Shown here in pieces: positions 62,200-64,000 of a stretch of 64,000 bases of DNA. Both the position numbers and the translations under genes were made by a program. The stretch is from the human T2T-CHM13v2.0 reference genome, Homo sapiens: NCBI RefSeq assembly GCF_009914755.1, contig NC_060939.1. The stretch is one strand, 5' to 3'. The notes under the pieces were generated by a model. The model worked only from the letters and a program-made list of their open reading frames with translations, was not told the origin of the DNA and made no database searches. Position 1 is the first letter of the stretch. Every line of letters begins with the position of its first letter.

Positions 62200-63030
62200 T
62201 GTGTTTTAAGGGTACCCAGGGTTGGTTTTAATCAGGCATGGTGAGACACTTAGACACAGAAGTGACTGTCCTGAAGGAAAGCAGTTTTACTCACTGTTCT
62301 TAGAAGCAGAAGGACAGGCTAGGCGCGGTGGCTCAGCCTGTAATCCTAGCACTTTGAGAGGCTAAGTGGGGGTGGATCACGAGGCCAGGAGTTCAAGACC
62401 AGCCTAACCAACATGGTGAAACCCCATCTCTACTAAAAATATAACAATTAGCCGGGAGTGGTGGCACGCACCTGTAATCCCAGCTACTCAGGAGGCTGAG
62501 GCAGGAGAATTGCTTGAATCCAGGAGGCAGAGGTTGCAGTGAGCCGAGATCGTGCCCCTGCACTCCAGCCTGGGCAACAGAGCTAGACTCCATTTCAAAA
62601 AAAAAGGGAAGCGTAGCACATGCAGGGACACAGGGAGGCACCAGGGCCACGCGGGAGGCCGAGAGAGTGCGGGAAACCTGAGCAAGGGCCGTCCTTCATT
62701 GTGGCTTCTGCAGGAAGGAAGGGAGGAGCAGGGCACGCAGGCTTAGGTTTAGGATTAGCTCCTTAGAATAATTGCAGTAGGCCCTGGGGCATAGGGACTC
62801 TTCCTGGTTGACTTTTACCTGGTCCTGCAGTGATGAGAGCAGGACTGGTGTCAACCCCAGTGTGACAGCCTGATAAAGGATGTGTTTGGGTGGGGGTATG
62901 GGTTCTGGATTGATTGATTTGTGTTTGAAAGGCCAGAGTTGTTTACTATCTCTCCAAGGGGCCTCCAGAGTCAGCAAAGCCCCAGATGTCAACACATCAG
63001 AATCCAGAAAATAAAAGACAAGGCTAGTAC
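62200..63030 (-). mobile_element. MER74-like ERVL LTR, interrupted by an Alu
   Basis: Antisense end GTCAGCAAAGCCCCAGATGTCAACACATCAGAATCCAGAAAATAAAAGAC...TACA; exact subfamily uncertain. Confidence 0.65.
62317..62605 (+). mobile_element. AluS
   Basis: Full sense Alu dimer with a short A tail. Confidence 0.9.
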
Positions 63031-63292
63031 AGGCTGTTGGTGTAATTGCTGTTGGGGCTGTGTGTGTGTGGGTGTGTGTCCTTTATCCCAGTTGTTAACT
63101 CCTGGCTGCAGGAGGCTGGAACAGGGGACGGAGAGGGGCAGAGGTGCATCCGTCTAAAACTCGCACTTACTTCTGTTGTCTTCCCTCACTCTCCTTCTTT
63201 TCATCGCTAACTGTGGAGCTGGAAGCCCTCTGGGGTTGTGGTGTCCAGCTCCCTCCTGCACCTGCAGTTCAGTCATTCAAGATATATATGTG

Positions 63293-63643
<351 letters not shown>

Positions 63644-64000
63644 CTAGAGCTTTGGACACAGCGAGTGAAAACCCTGCCCCATGAGGCTCACAGGGTGGCA
63701 GCGTGCCTCACCCACCCTCTGTTCTTCTGGACACCATGAAAATGTCACATCTGCCGATGTCCTCCAGAGTTGTTTACAGGTTTCATTTGGTTAAGAGCTT
63801 GGTTTTATATACATTGTGAGAAAAATCACCAGTTCGGTGTGAAAATTGAAATGGGGGTAGACACTGGCCCTTCCAAGCTGTGCCCGGGGAAGACCTCCCA
63901 GGCCAGTCCCAGTGGTGCTCTCAGGCAGCGTGTGGGGTTGTGAGGACAGACAGGGGCCCCTCTCAAGGTCTTTGCTGCTCCATCAAAGACAGACCCCAGG

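Overview
Hominoid (most likely human) genomic DNA from inside CHRNA7 (neuronal nicotinic acetylcholine receptor alpha-7, 15q13.3) on the + strand. It contains the end of intron 2, coding exon 3 (11458-11502), the 10,440-bp intron 3, coding exon 4 (21943-22052) and most of the ~42-kb intron 4. Exon 5 is not in the window and probably lies just past the right edge. Only 155 bp are canonical coding sequence and the ORF track missed both exons; nearly all listed ORFs are repeat-derived or spurious. The rest is mostly transposons: Alus (J, S, Y, Yd, Ya-like), a full-length antisense L1PA6, old L1M/L2/MIR fragments, MaLR/ERV LTRs and Charlie DNA elements. I see no wholly new gene system. The most interesting signals are several routes in intron 4 to non-canonical alpha-7 products: (1) a 124/127-nt cassette exon with a tandem CAGCAG acceptor, plus a second tandem acceptor that would make it an in-frame Cys-rich insert; (2) an antisense L1PA6 with gene-breaking signals; (3) a duplicated AP-1/GFI1-like motif with an ATG and 5' splice site in phase with exon 5; (4) an AluY near the expected CHRFAM7A breakpoint. 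Repeat subfamily names and literature links are from memory and were not checked with tools.
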